From Clostridia bacterium (GTDB lineage Bacteria > Bacillota > Clostridia > Christensenellales > QALW01), in contig JAZQII010000057.1 of NCBI GenBank assembly GCA_045541035.1, positions 708 through 64,707 on the forward strand: 64,000 nucleotides of DNA, written 5' to 3'. Both the position numbers and the translations under genes were made by a program. Every line of letters starts with the position of its first letter. Within the stretch, counting starts at the first letter, position 1. The notes beneath the pieces were generated by a model. The model worked only from the letters and a program-made list of their open reading frames with translations. It ran no database searches and was not told the origin of the DNA. Shown piece by piece: positions 8,874 through 17,010 of this stretch.

Positions 8874-10580
8874 ATGATCAATAAAGATCCCAGATATATA
8901 AACAACGGTTCAGAAATCCCCACCGCAGGCGGATATGCCGATCAGCCAAGCATCGTAGTTTTATCTGACGGCACTTACGTTTGTGCAACCACCACCGGCA
9001 AGGGCGAAGAAGGCGCAAAAGGGCAGATAGTTTCCGTTATGCGCTCTACTGATGGCGGAAAGACCTGGACAGAGGGCGGTCAGCTTGAAGACCCCCAATG
9101 GGAATCAGCCTATGCCGTGCTTGTGAAGGACAGATTTGAAAGAATCTACTGTTTATACAATTACAATCTTGACCACTTCGACATAAAGAATTTCGGTTGT
9201 TATCGCCTTGATATGGGTGGCACCTACTGTATGCGCTACAGCGATGATCAAGGTCTTTCCTGGTCAGATCGAATTATCGTTGACGTAGGTTTTACCGATC
9301 TTGATACCGATTATCCTTACTTCCCCGAAGAGGGAAAGCAATATAGATTTATGTGGAACGTTGCCCGACCGTTTATTGACGGTGATGATCTTTATATAAT
9401 GATCGGCAAGCCGTTTTTGGGTATCAAAAATCTGTATGAATTTGAAACGACACGGGGTGTGCTTCTTATCGCAAGAGGAATCGTAAAAGACCCCCATGCC
9501 CCATTTATAACACTTCCTGAAGGTAAAAAAGAACTTCTGCCCCGTCCAGGTGACAGAATTACAGAAGAGCATTGTTGCGTAAAACTTTCCGACGGTACGC
9601 TTTTTGTTACTTCAAGAACAGAAAACGGTTATCCCCTTGTTTTTGTCAGCCACGATGACGGCAAAAACTTCACCGACGGTTTTATTCCCAAGCACGTAGG
9701 CGGACTTTCGGTAAAACAACCCCGTGCCGCCAACTTCTTGTGGAAATTAGAAAACGGTACATATCTTTATTGGTTCCATAACGTAGGAAACATGGGATAT
9801 GATTTCAGAAACCCCGCCTGGTGTGCGCCTGCTTTTGAAATTGATACCGAAAAAGGCAAAGAACTTGTTTACGGTCAGCCTGAAATTCTTTTCTATCATA
9901 TCGGTGATAGACTTTCCATCAGTTATCCCGATTTTATTGAGCATGACGGAAAACTTTTTATAACCGAAACACAAAAGCAGATTGCCCGCATTCACGAAGT
10001 TGATGAAAAACTTGTAAATGCCTTATGCAATCAGGATACAGTCTGCAAAAAACTTGACGGAATATCCATGGCGGAATTAAAGGAAAAAGGCGTTCCAAGG
10101 CAGGATTATTCCAAGGTAAACCACAGCGATCGCGACGAATGGAAAGAACTTGTTGAAAACGGCGGAACCACTTGGATCTTTGAAGGAATTTTCCAAAAAG
10201 GCGACAAGGTTATTTCAGCATTTAACAAGCAACGGGGCGGTTTTAAAGTTACCGTAAACGATGACGGAACACTTTGTTGTTTTGCCTCCGGTGAAAACGC
10301 AAACTTTACCGTTGAAAGTTCAATAAATGTTTGCGACGGCAAAAAGCATCACGTTGCCTGGATAACGGATACTTGTGCTTCAGTAAGTTATCTTGTTATC
10401 GACGGCATCTTTGATAACGGCGGAGAAGAATATATCTGCGGTTGGCGCTTCGTTCCCCGTCAGTTAAGTTTTATAAACGCCGTTAAAGACGTAACGTTTA
10501 GTGAAAACGTAAGCGTCCGTCTTATCCCCAACACAATTCTCACTTATGACGCAATAGGTGATTGGCGCGCAAGCAACTGA
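8874..10580 (+). CDS. BNR/Asp-box beta-propeller (sialidase-like) glycoside hydrolase with C-terminal LamG-like domain
   Basis: Asp-boxes STDGGKTW, SDDQGLSW and SHDDGKNF. There is no obvious signal peptide. Confidence 0.55.
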   Translation: MINKDPRYINNGSEIPTAGGYADQPSIVVLSDGTYVCATTTGKGEEGAKGQIVSVMRSTDGGKTWTEGGQLEDPQWESAYAVLVKDRFERIYCLYNYNLDHFDIKNFGCYRLDMGGTYCMRYSDDQGLSWSDRIIVDVGFTDLDTDYPYFPEEGKQYRFMWNVARPFIDGDDLYIMIGKPFLGIKNLYEFETTRGVLLIARGIVKDPHAPFITLPEGKKELLPRPGDRITEEHCCVKLSDGTLFVTSRTENGYPLVFVSHDDGKNFTDGFIPKHVGGLSVKQPRAANFLWKLENGTYLYWFHNVGNMGYDFRNPAWCAPAFEIDTEKGKELVYGQPEILFYHIGDRLSISYPDFIEHDGKLFITETQKQIARIHEVDEKLVNALCNQDTVCKKLDGISMAELKEKGVPRQDYSKVNHSDRDEWKELVENGGTTWIFEGIFQKGDKVISAFNKQRGGFKVTVNDDGTLCCFASGENANFTVESSINVCDGKKHHVAWITDTCASVSYLVIDGIFDNGGEEYICGWRFVPRQLSFINAVKDVTFSENVSVRLIPNTILTYDAIGDWRASN

Positions 10581-10641
10581 TGCTAAAAGGTAAATAGCAA
10601 AATACCACTTTCAAAAACCAAATCATTCTCTCTTGAAAGAT

Positions 10642-10747
10642 AAAAAATCCCTCTGTTGAGTACTCAACAGAGGGATAAATTTTGTTTTATAAATCTATTT
10701 ACTTAGATTCTTTAATTGCAGTCTGCGGTGCAGTACGCAAAAGAGGG
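10642..10747. repeat. ~105-bp intergenic element, copy A (contains a terminator hairpin)
   Basis: Nearly identical to 11590-11694. It contains CCCTCTGTTGAG-tac-CTCAACAGAGGG and AATCTA-N6-TAGATT hairpins. Confidence 0.85.
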
Positions 10748-10750
10748 AAA

Positions 10751-11521
10751 TTAAACTCCCGTTTCTTTTTCCCATTCTTTATGTGCCAGATTCCATCTTT
10801 CACTGTGTGCACCCAATGCGCCGATTTGACGAGGATGTGCAAGAGGAAGAACCTTTATATTTTTTCCGCAAATGATTGTTTCGGTAGGATTTCCGTAACC
10901 ATATAAATCAACATATTCACCAAGTGTGGAATATGGAACATCTGCGACTTTTTTTAAATATTGTTCAATCGGAATATCTCCTAAAAGCACCAACAGTTCT
11001 GCTTCCGATTGCATCAATTCTTCAGTAATTTCTTCACTGCGTTTTTTATCACAAAATGTAGATGGACGTGCAGGAATTGTCACGGGATTTAATCCGTATT
11101 CTTTGATAAGAGGGTTGTATTTTTCTCGAAGTGCCTTGGCTTGACTTGGATTGATTCGTGTTTCAGGTAAGCAATCACACAACCAAGCATCTTCACGTGT
11201 AAATCCTAACGGAGCAAGAATGTTCTCATTAAGAACTTTTGCTGAAGGTCCGTTTAACTGACTGCTTGCAGGTTCTAAAACGCCAAGTTCTTTTGGAATA
11301 TTAACGTCAGCAATAATTCTTTTGGCTTCTTCTTTGTTTCCGTCCCAAAATATACGCGGTTCACTGGCAACCGCCAATGCTTGACAGATAACCTTTCCCT
11401 CCTTCTTCCATCGTGCATGAACCGCACTTGCATATACACCTAAAACAAAAACTTTTTTAGGTGATTTATCTTGCTGCACCAAAGGATATAATTCTTGTCC
11501 AAATGGAAAATAATATGGCAT
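10751..11521 (-). CDS. hypothetical protein, possibly a uracil-DNA-glycosylase-superfamily fold
   Basis: Clean 256-aa ORF. The spacing of VFVLGVYAS..., NGPSAKVL, AWLCDCLPE, LLVLLGD and VLPLAHPRQ loosely mimics UDG-fold motifs. The functional call is weak. Confidence 0.3.
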   Translation of the reverse strand: MPYYFPFGQELYPLVQQDKSPKKVFVLGVYASAVHARWKKEGKVICQALAVASEPRIFWDGNKEEAKRIIADVNIPKELGVLEPASSQLNGPSAKVLNENILAPLGFTREDAWLCDCLPETRINPSQAKALREKYNPLIKEYGLNPVTIPARPSTFCDKKRSEEITEELMQSEAELLVLLGDIPIEQYLKKVADVPYSTLGEYVDLYGYGNPTETIICGKNIKVLPLAHPRQIGALGAHSERWNLAHKEWEKETGV

Positions 11522-11589
11522 AATAAATGCCTCCTATTTTATTTATTAAATAAATTATACCATATTTTTGATTTGTTTGCAATATGTAC

Positions 11590-11694
11590 AAAAATCCCTC
11601 TGCCGATTTCTCAACAGAGGGATAAATTTTGTTTTATAAATCTAATTACTTAGATTCTTTAATTGCAGCCTGTGGTGCAGTACGCAAAAGAGGG
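11590..11694. repeat. ~105-bp intergenic element, copy B
   Basis: Direct repeat of 10642-10747. By eye there are 3 mismatches over the last ~80 nt. The first hairpin is degraded. Confidence 0.85.
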
Positions 11695-11728
11695 CGTGCA
11701 AATTTAATAAAACTGAGTCTTTCGTAAT

Positions 11729-12307
11729 TTATCGCTTTATTGTGCTTAAAAAAACCGATGCAGCAACAAGGGAACCCTCGCAGGACGGATGATAATCATC
11801 CTGTGCCAAAAGATTTATGTCAGGTCGATTTTTTGTAATATTATAAAAGGCTCTGCCCACGGGAACTGCGATTGTATTCAACTGTTTTGCTGCAGTTTGA
11901 TAGGCATTTTCAAGTTTTTCGTGCATTTCGTCGTAAGAAAAACCTGTGCTTTTCAGCTTTTCACTTTCGTTTCTATAGGCCCAAGTCTGATAAAAAATCG
12001 GCATTGCTCCTTTTTTACGGATTTCGTTGCAAAGTTTTTGTGCAGCGGTGAAAAAGTCGTCATAATTTCGTACGGGATTGATGCTTTGGTCTTGTATAAC
12101 TACGATATCAAAGTTTTCCTCGTTAATTTTTTTCAAAAAAAGCATACCTCTTTCACTTTCAAAATCTGCATACTGATGGAGATAATGTCCACCAAAAGTC
12201 AATTTATCCACCTGAACGTCTAAAGCGCATGCATTAGCCATATTTTGAAACAGTGTGGGCATATCATTATAATAGGTAAAACTATTTCCGACAAACAACA
12301 TTTTCAT
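11729..12307 (-). CDS. SGNH/GDSL-type hydrolase (possible carbohydrate esterase)
   Basis: MKMLFVGNSFTYYN block I and C-terminal DDYHPS block V. I chose the ATG at 12307, which is preceded by GGTGAGGGG, over the longer ORF start at 12334. Confidence 0.6.
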   Translation of the reverse strand: MKMLFVGNSFTYYNDMPTLFQNMANACALDVQVDKLTFGGHYLHQYADFESERGMLFLKKINEENFDIVVIQDQSINPVRNYDDFFTAAQKLCNEIRKKGAMPIFYQTWAYRNESEKLKSTGFSYDEMHEKLENAYQTAAKQLNTIAVPVGRAFYNITKNRPDINLLAQDDYHPSCEGSLVAASVFLSTIKR

Positions 12308-12383
12308 ATGCGCACCCCTCACCTCATTGCACACTTATTTTCAATGTACTATACCATACTTATGGAAAGATGTCAATAAATGC

Positions 12384-12445
12384 AAAAAATCCGGCCGAAT
12401 TTCTTCCGGCGGATAAATTGTCTTATGAATTTTTAATTATTTCAT
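12384..12445. repeat. degenerate third copy of the intergenic element
   Basis: AAAAAATCC-hairpin-GGATAAATTGTCTTATGAATTTTTAATTATTTCAT parallels AAAAATCCC-hairpin-GGATAAATTTTGTTTTATAAATCTAATTACTTAG. Confidence 0.4.
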
Positions 12446-12520
12446 ATCCTTTATAGTGGTCTGTCCGACAACAAGTCGGGCAATGGGTATTAAAAATTAT
12501 ACTATTCTTAAATCGTACTC

Positions 12521-13294
12521 TTATTTTTTTCTGGGGCTTACGCCAAATGTTTTTATATACTGTCTGTAAAAGGAAGAATAGTTTTGATAGGAATATTTAT
12601 CGGCAACCTCCAACGGTGAAAGACCTTCTTGCATATCGTGATGGGCGGCATATATTTTTTTCTTGTTTATGTAGTGCTTGATACCGATGCCCATCTCCCG
12701 TGAAAACAAATTTTGTATATATGAACTTGTAAAATTAAATTTTTTTGCTATTATCTTTGAATCAAGAGGCTTTTCGATGTTTTCGGCAATATATCGGCCT
12801 ATCTTTGCCACGGTATTTTTCTCGTTTATTTCGCCCTCTTTAGGCTTATACATAGAACAAATAATGATCTGTTCTATAATATTTCTTACAACTAAACTAA
12901 AATCTTCTTCAGAAAGAATCTTTGAAAGGGCTGTATAATTTTCAAAAAACCCCCGCATAACTTCATCCTTACTGATGTTTATTCTGTAAGGCGGTGTGAA
13001 CAACGCCTGAAATCTTTCATCCTCAAGAAACTTCTCTTCAACGCTTATAACGAAGTTTTCATAGGTGCTTTCATCTTCAGGTATAAGGAAGTGATATGTG
13101 TTTGCAGGTATAAAAAGAAGATCGTAATGATTGATTTTAAACTTATGCCCGTCAATACAGTAGCTTACGTTTCCCTTCAATATAAGAAGTATTTCATGTC
13201 TGGAATGCATATGCTCATAACAGCCGATTTTCATAGGGTTAAGATCAATTCCATGATTTGCTGAAAAATCCACACCACTGCAGTCGATACGCAT
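12521..13294 (-). CDS. AraC family transcriptional regulator (cupin + HTH)
   Basis: C-terminal AraC HTH pattern (KKFNFTSSYIQNLFSREMG...YSSFYRQYIKTFGVSPRK). Confidence 0.8.
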   Translation of the reverse strand: MRIDCSGVDFSANHGIDLNPMKIGCYEHMHSRHEILLILKGNVSYCIDGHKFKINHYDLLFIPANTYHFLIPEDESTYENFVISVEEKFLEDERFQALFTPPYRINISKDEVMRGFFENYTALSKILSEEDFSLVVRNIIEQIIICSMYKPKEGEINEKNTVAKIGRYIAENIEKPLDSKIIAKKFNFTSSYIQNLFSREMGIGIKHYINKKKIYAAHHDMQEGLSPLEVADKYSYQNYSSFYRQYIKTFGVSPRKK

Positions 13295-13415
13295 AAAATC
13301 ATCTCCTTCTTTACTAATGTTACCACAAAAAAGTTAAAAATGCAATATATATATTAAAAAATGCAATTTATTTTACCGATTTAATTTGATATAATAATTA
13401 TATAAGGAGGTTTTT

Positions 13416-14804
13416 ATGCAGTATTTTACAGAAAACGATCACAAAAAGCGAATGAATAATATTAAAAATGCGCGAAATGATGTTAAAGAATGTGCTCGTG
13501 AAATGCGCATAAAAGATTATCTTCCGGGACAGATAATATATTATCTGGGTGATTATCCCGATAAAATGAGCATTACCCCCACAGAATACGATTATAATCT
13601 TTTAAAGTCCTACGCCGAAAACGGTGTTGATATGATTCAGGTTCACGAGGAATGGAACGACACCATTGAAAAATACGGCAGCGATAAATGGCACAGCTGC
13701 GATCACGAAGGTATGCTGAAATTTATTGATTTATGCCATCAGTTCAACATAAAAATCATTCCTTACTGTTCTTCTTCATATATTCATTGCAAATCAAAAT
13801 ACTATACCGAGGAATTTTCCCGCTCAACGGGCGGTTGCACCGATATGCACTATTCCTACCGTTTAGGCTGGGCAGGAAGTGAAAAATGGCGCAATTTTAT
13901 TATTCCAAGAACCTTTAATATTATGGATACTTACGGCTTTGACGGTATCTTTAACGATTGGGGTTACGATTGGGATAACAGCGAATATATTGAAATTCCA
14001 GAAAATAAGCGCAACTATGAAAACGAGCCTTTAACTAAATACGATCCCGAAGCAGAGGACCTTATCCATTGCATTTACGAGGGCGTAAAAAAACGGGGCG
14101 GTATTTATAAATTACATATCGGACAAAGCGACCGCGCTCCCGTAAGAGGCAAATATTATGATTATCTTTGGGTTGGCGAATGTGAGTTCGATTCAAAGGC
14201 AGGTGCAGGAAAAATGTATGAGCCTTACCTTGTCCCCTGCCCTGATAAGCCTCGACTTACAAATTGGTTTGAGACACGCTTTGATATGGATGAATACTTT
14301 GCAAAAACCATTCCCTTTGTGCAGTTCCCCTTATTGACCCACGGCAGACCTACAATGGGAAAATGTATTGACGTTCCCGGTGTTGAACAGTATAATACTT
14401 TTCAGGAAGATCATCTGTATCACTTTTTTGAAAAAGTCCGTGATTGGGTAGATTTGCACCCCAACGGTCCTTACGTTTACTCCGAATGGTCCCAAATACC
14501 CGATGACGTTGAGGATTATCCCCGTTGGTGCAGATATCTTAAACTTTACAAGCCTATGGTTTGTGATAACACCATCGTTCATATGGAAATACGAAAGTCT
14601 GATCAAATTCTTTCGCCTATTCCCGAAAACGTATATATATCACAGTTCACAAACCTTGATGACTATTTGGTAATTTCCAATCTGGAAAATACCCCCTACA
14701 CCGTTACTTTGCGCGATAAATGGCAAAACCGCGAAAGTTTAGAGATTTCCCAAACATTCACCGTTTTACCTAAGCGTATGATATTTTTAAAGAAAGAAGG
14801 ATAA
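13416..14804 (+). CDS. hypothetical protein, glycoside-hydrolase-like TIM-barrel features
   Basis: SD AAGGAGG. Motifs such as GFDGIFNDWGYDWD are reminiscent of GH-like (beta/alpha)8 proteins. I do not recognise a family. Confidence 0.35.
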   Translation: MQYFTENDHKKRMNNIKNARNDVKECAREMRIKDYLPGQIIYYLGDYPDKMSITPTEYDYNLLKSYAENGVDMIQVHEEWNDTIEKYGSDKWHSCDHEGMLKFIDLCHQFNIKIIPYCSSSYIHCKSKYYTEEFSRSTGGCTDMHYSYRLGWAGSEKWRNFIIPRTFNIMDTYGFDGIFNDWGYDWDNSEYIEIPENKRNYENEPLTKYDPEAEDLIHCIYEGVKKRGGIYKLHIGQSDRAPVRGKYYDYLWVGECEFDSKAGAGKMYEPYLVPCPDKPRLTNWFETRFDMDEYFAKTIPFVQFPLLTHGRPTMGKCIDVPGVEQYNTFQEDHLYHFFEKVRDWVDLHPNGPYVYSEWSQIPDDVEDYPRWCRYLKLYKPMVCDNTIVHMEIRKSDQILSPIPENVYISQFTNLDDYLVISNLENTPYTVTLRDKWQNRESLEISQTFTVLPKRMIFLKKEG

Positions 14805-14809
14805 ATTTT

Positions 14810-15565
14810 ATGAAGATCGGTGCACAGATGTACACAGTACGCAATGCCACACAAAACCTTGAAGATTTAAGCACAACATTAAAGAGAATTGCCGATATAG
14901 GCTACACCACCGTTCAGGTTTCAGGTGTTTGCCCCTATGAGCCTCAATGGATGCGCGATGAACTTAAAAAAGCAGGACTTCAATGCGTTATCACTCACCC
15001 CAATACAGAAGATTTCTTCGATGCAAAGAAGATCGTTAGCGATCACAAAGTTTACGATTGCAAATACATCGGTTTAGGCTCAATGCCCGGCGGTGCTCAC
15101 GCTTATGATAAGGTTGATGAGTTTATCGAAAAATTCGTTCCCGTAGCAAAGGCTATAAAGGATGAAGGCGCATATATGATGTACCATAACCACCACTATG
15201 AGTTTTCAAAGCTTGGCGGTCAAAGAGTTCTTGATAAAATTATTAACGCTTTCCCCGCAGATACTTTAGGCTTTACCTTGGACACCTATTGGGTTCAGGT
15301 TGGCGGCGGTGATCCTGCCGCATGGCTTGAAAAGTTAAAGGGCCGTGTTCCCTGCATCCACTTAAAGGATCTTGTTATGGAAAAGATCGAGCAGAAAATG
15401 GCTCCCGTTGGTCATGGCAATATGAACTTTGAAAGAATTATTGCCTCTGCCGAAAAAGCAGGCACAGAGTATCTTTTGGTTGAGCAGGATTACTGCTACG
15501 ATGAAGATCCCTTCGTTTGCCTTGAAAAGAGCTATAAATATCTTAAATCATTAGGTTTGAATTAA
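14810..15565 (+). CDS. sugar phosphate isomerase/epimerase (xylose-isomerase-like TIM barrel)
   Basis: Typical AP_endonuc_2/XI-like pattern (GYTTVQVSG..., MMYHNHHYEF, IHLKD, VEQD). Confidence 0.7.
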   Translation: MKIGAQMYTVRNATQNLEDLSTTLKRIADIGYTTVQVSGVCPYEPQWMRDELKKAGLQCVITHPNTEDFFDAKKIVSDHKVYDCKYIGLGSMPGGAHAYDKVDEFIEKFVPVAKAIKDEGAYMMYHNHHYEFSKLGGQRVLDKIINAFPADTLGFTLDTYWVQVGGGDPAAWLEKLKGRVPCIHLKDLVMEKIEQKMAPVGHGNMNFERIIASAEKAGTEYLLVEQDYCYDEDPFVCLEKSYKYLKSLGLN

Positions 15566-15578
15566 GGAGGAAAAGATT

Positions 15579-16622
15579 ATGTCAAGAGTAGTTAAAGTCG
15601 GCGTTGTTGGTTTAGGAAGAATCGGTATGTCCGTTCACCGTTGTTGCTTAAAGGATCGCCCCGATAAGTTCAAGGTTGTTGCGGCTTGCGATCTTATTGA
15701 GGACCGCGTAAAAAGATATGAGGACGAGTTCGGTTGCAAAGGCTATCTTAACATCGAAGATCTTATTAACGATCCTGAAGTTGAGGTTGTTGATATTGCA
15801 ACACGCTCCTGCGATCACTATATTCATTCAAAAATGGCACTTGAAGCAGGCAAAAGCGTTTTAGTTGAAAAGCCTTTCTGTGAAACCTATGAGCAGGCAA
15901 AGGAGCTTATTAAGTTAGGCTCACAGCCCGGCGGACCTAAGATCTACGTTCGCCATAACCGTCGCTTTGAGGAAGGCTTTATTAAAGTTAATGAGATCAT
16001 CAATTCAGGCATTTTAGGCGAAGTTTATGAGATAAAACTTACAAGAAACGAATATCAGAGAAGAAACGACTGGCAGACCATTATGGAGTTTGGCGGCGGT
16101 CAGCTTCTTAACTGGGGCCCCCACATTGTTGACCATTCAATTCAGTTCTGTGGCGGTGCTTACACCGAAATGTTTGCTGATATCAAGCGCGTTGCCGCAG
16201 TTGGTGATGCCGAAGACCATATTAAGCTCGTTTTCAAAGGCATAAACGGCAGAATCGTTGATATGGAAATCTCAGGCGGTGCCGCACTTCCCACTCCCGA
16301 ATACGTTATTTACGGCACAAAGGGTGCCTTGATCGGTGGCAACAACGAGTTTAAGTTAAAATATCTTGATCCCGAGGTTGAACTTCAGGATATTAAGGCT
16401 GATCCCTCCACACCCGGCTCATCATCAGCCTTTGGCAACAGCGAGGTTTTACAGTGGAAAGAAGAAACCATCACCTACGGCCCCTACGATAAGACCGCAG
16501 TTGTTTGGGACTATTTCTACGATGCTTACGTTAATAATAAGCCCTATCCCATTCCCAGCGAGCAAGCCCTTGAAGTTGTTCGCACCATCGAAAACGCCAA
16601 GATCGGCACTATCTTTAAATAA
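15579..16622 (+). CDS. Gfo/Idh/MocA family NAD(P)-dependent oxidoreductase
   Basis: N-terminal VKVGVVGLGRIG Rossmann loop and the EKP motif (VLVEKPF). Confidence 0.8.
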   Translation: MSRVVKVGVVGLGRIGMSVHRCCLKDRPDKFKVVAACDLIEDRVKRYEDEFGCKGYLNIEDLINDPEVEVVDIATRSCDHYIHSKMALEAGKSVLVEKPFCETYEQAKELIKLGSQPGGPKIYVRHNRRFEEGFIKVNEIINSGILGEVYEIKLTRNEYQRRNDWQTIMEFGGGQLLNWGPHIVDHSIQFCGGAYTEMFADIKRVAAVGDAEDHIKLVFKGINGRIVDMEISGGAALPTPEYVIYGTKGALIGGNNEFKLKYLDPEVELQDIKADPSTPGSSSAFGNSEVLQWKEETITYGPYDKTAVVWDYFYDAYVNNKPYPIPSEQALEVVRTIENAKIGTIFK

Positions 16623-16641
16623 TCTACAAAAATACTTATTA

Positions 16642-16673
16642 GGCACCTGCTTTTTGCAGGTGCCAATTTTTTT
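16642..16673 (+). terminator. intrinsic terminator of the sugar operon
   Basis: GGCACCTGC-ttttt-GCAGGTGCC followed by a T run. Confidence 0.8.
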
Positions 16674-16675
16674 AC

Positions 16676-16705
16676 TTTACATTTACTGAAAACCTATGTT
16701 ATAAT
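16676..16705 (+). promoter_or_regulatory. extended -10 promoter of LRR locus 1
   Basis: TTTACA (16676-16681), 18-nt spacer, TGtTATAAT (16697-16705). The same ATGTTATA(A/C)T box sits at the same distance from the leader arm in locus 2. Confidence 0.6.
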
Positions 16706-16711
16706 ACTTAT

Positions 16712-16897
16712 GCTCAACAAATCAATAAAGTTAAAAGGTGTAGTTTATCAACTTACGCTTATTTTTCGTTGTCAATTCACGAATTTGTAAAAATGCAAAT
16801 TCCACAGAATTGGCAATAGTTTACTATACCTTTTTTGATTTGTTGAGCGACAATCGGAGTTTGCGTTTTATGCGCCAACCTCGGTTGGCGCTTTTTT
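16712..16897 (+). promoter_or_regulatory. structured 5' leader with orphan intrinsic terminator (copy 1)
   Basis: Arms GCTCAACAAATCAA (16712-16725) and TTGATTTGTTGAGC (16835-16848). There is a nested helix at 16769-78/16807-16 and a hairpin at 16781-16802. The terminator GCGCCAACC-tcg-GTTGGCGC plus T6 lies at 16872-16897. Confidence 0.6.
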
Positions 16898-17010
16898 ATT
16901 TCAAAAACAAAGAAAATCCACGAAAGATGGATAAAACTCTACGACACGTAGGTTTATTATTTTTGGTATTAGGTTTATAATAAAATAAAAATAAATAAAG
17001 GAGAAGCATA

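Noticed and set aside
10642-12490. Gene-element-gene-element pattern considered as an integron-like cassette array with attC sites.
   Set aside because: There is no intI integrase or attI in the window. I could not find the R''/R' GTTRRRY core sites. The elements look like terminator-bearing intergenic repeats, and integrons are rare in this lineage.
16797-16828. Internal promoter-like TTCCA(C/A)-N16/17-TA(C/A)TAT conserved inside both leader cores.
   Set aside because: It has a weak -35 box. A better promoter (TGnTATAAT, conserved in both loci at a fixed distance from the 5' arm) lies upstream. I kept this one only as an alternative that 5'-end mapping would resolve.
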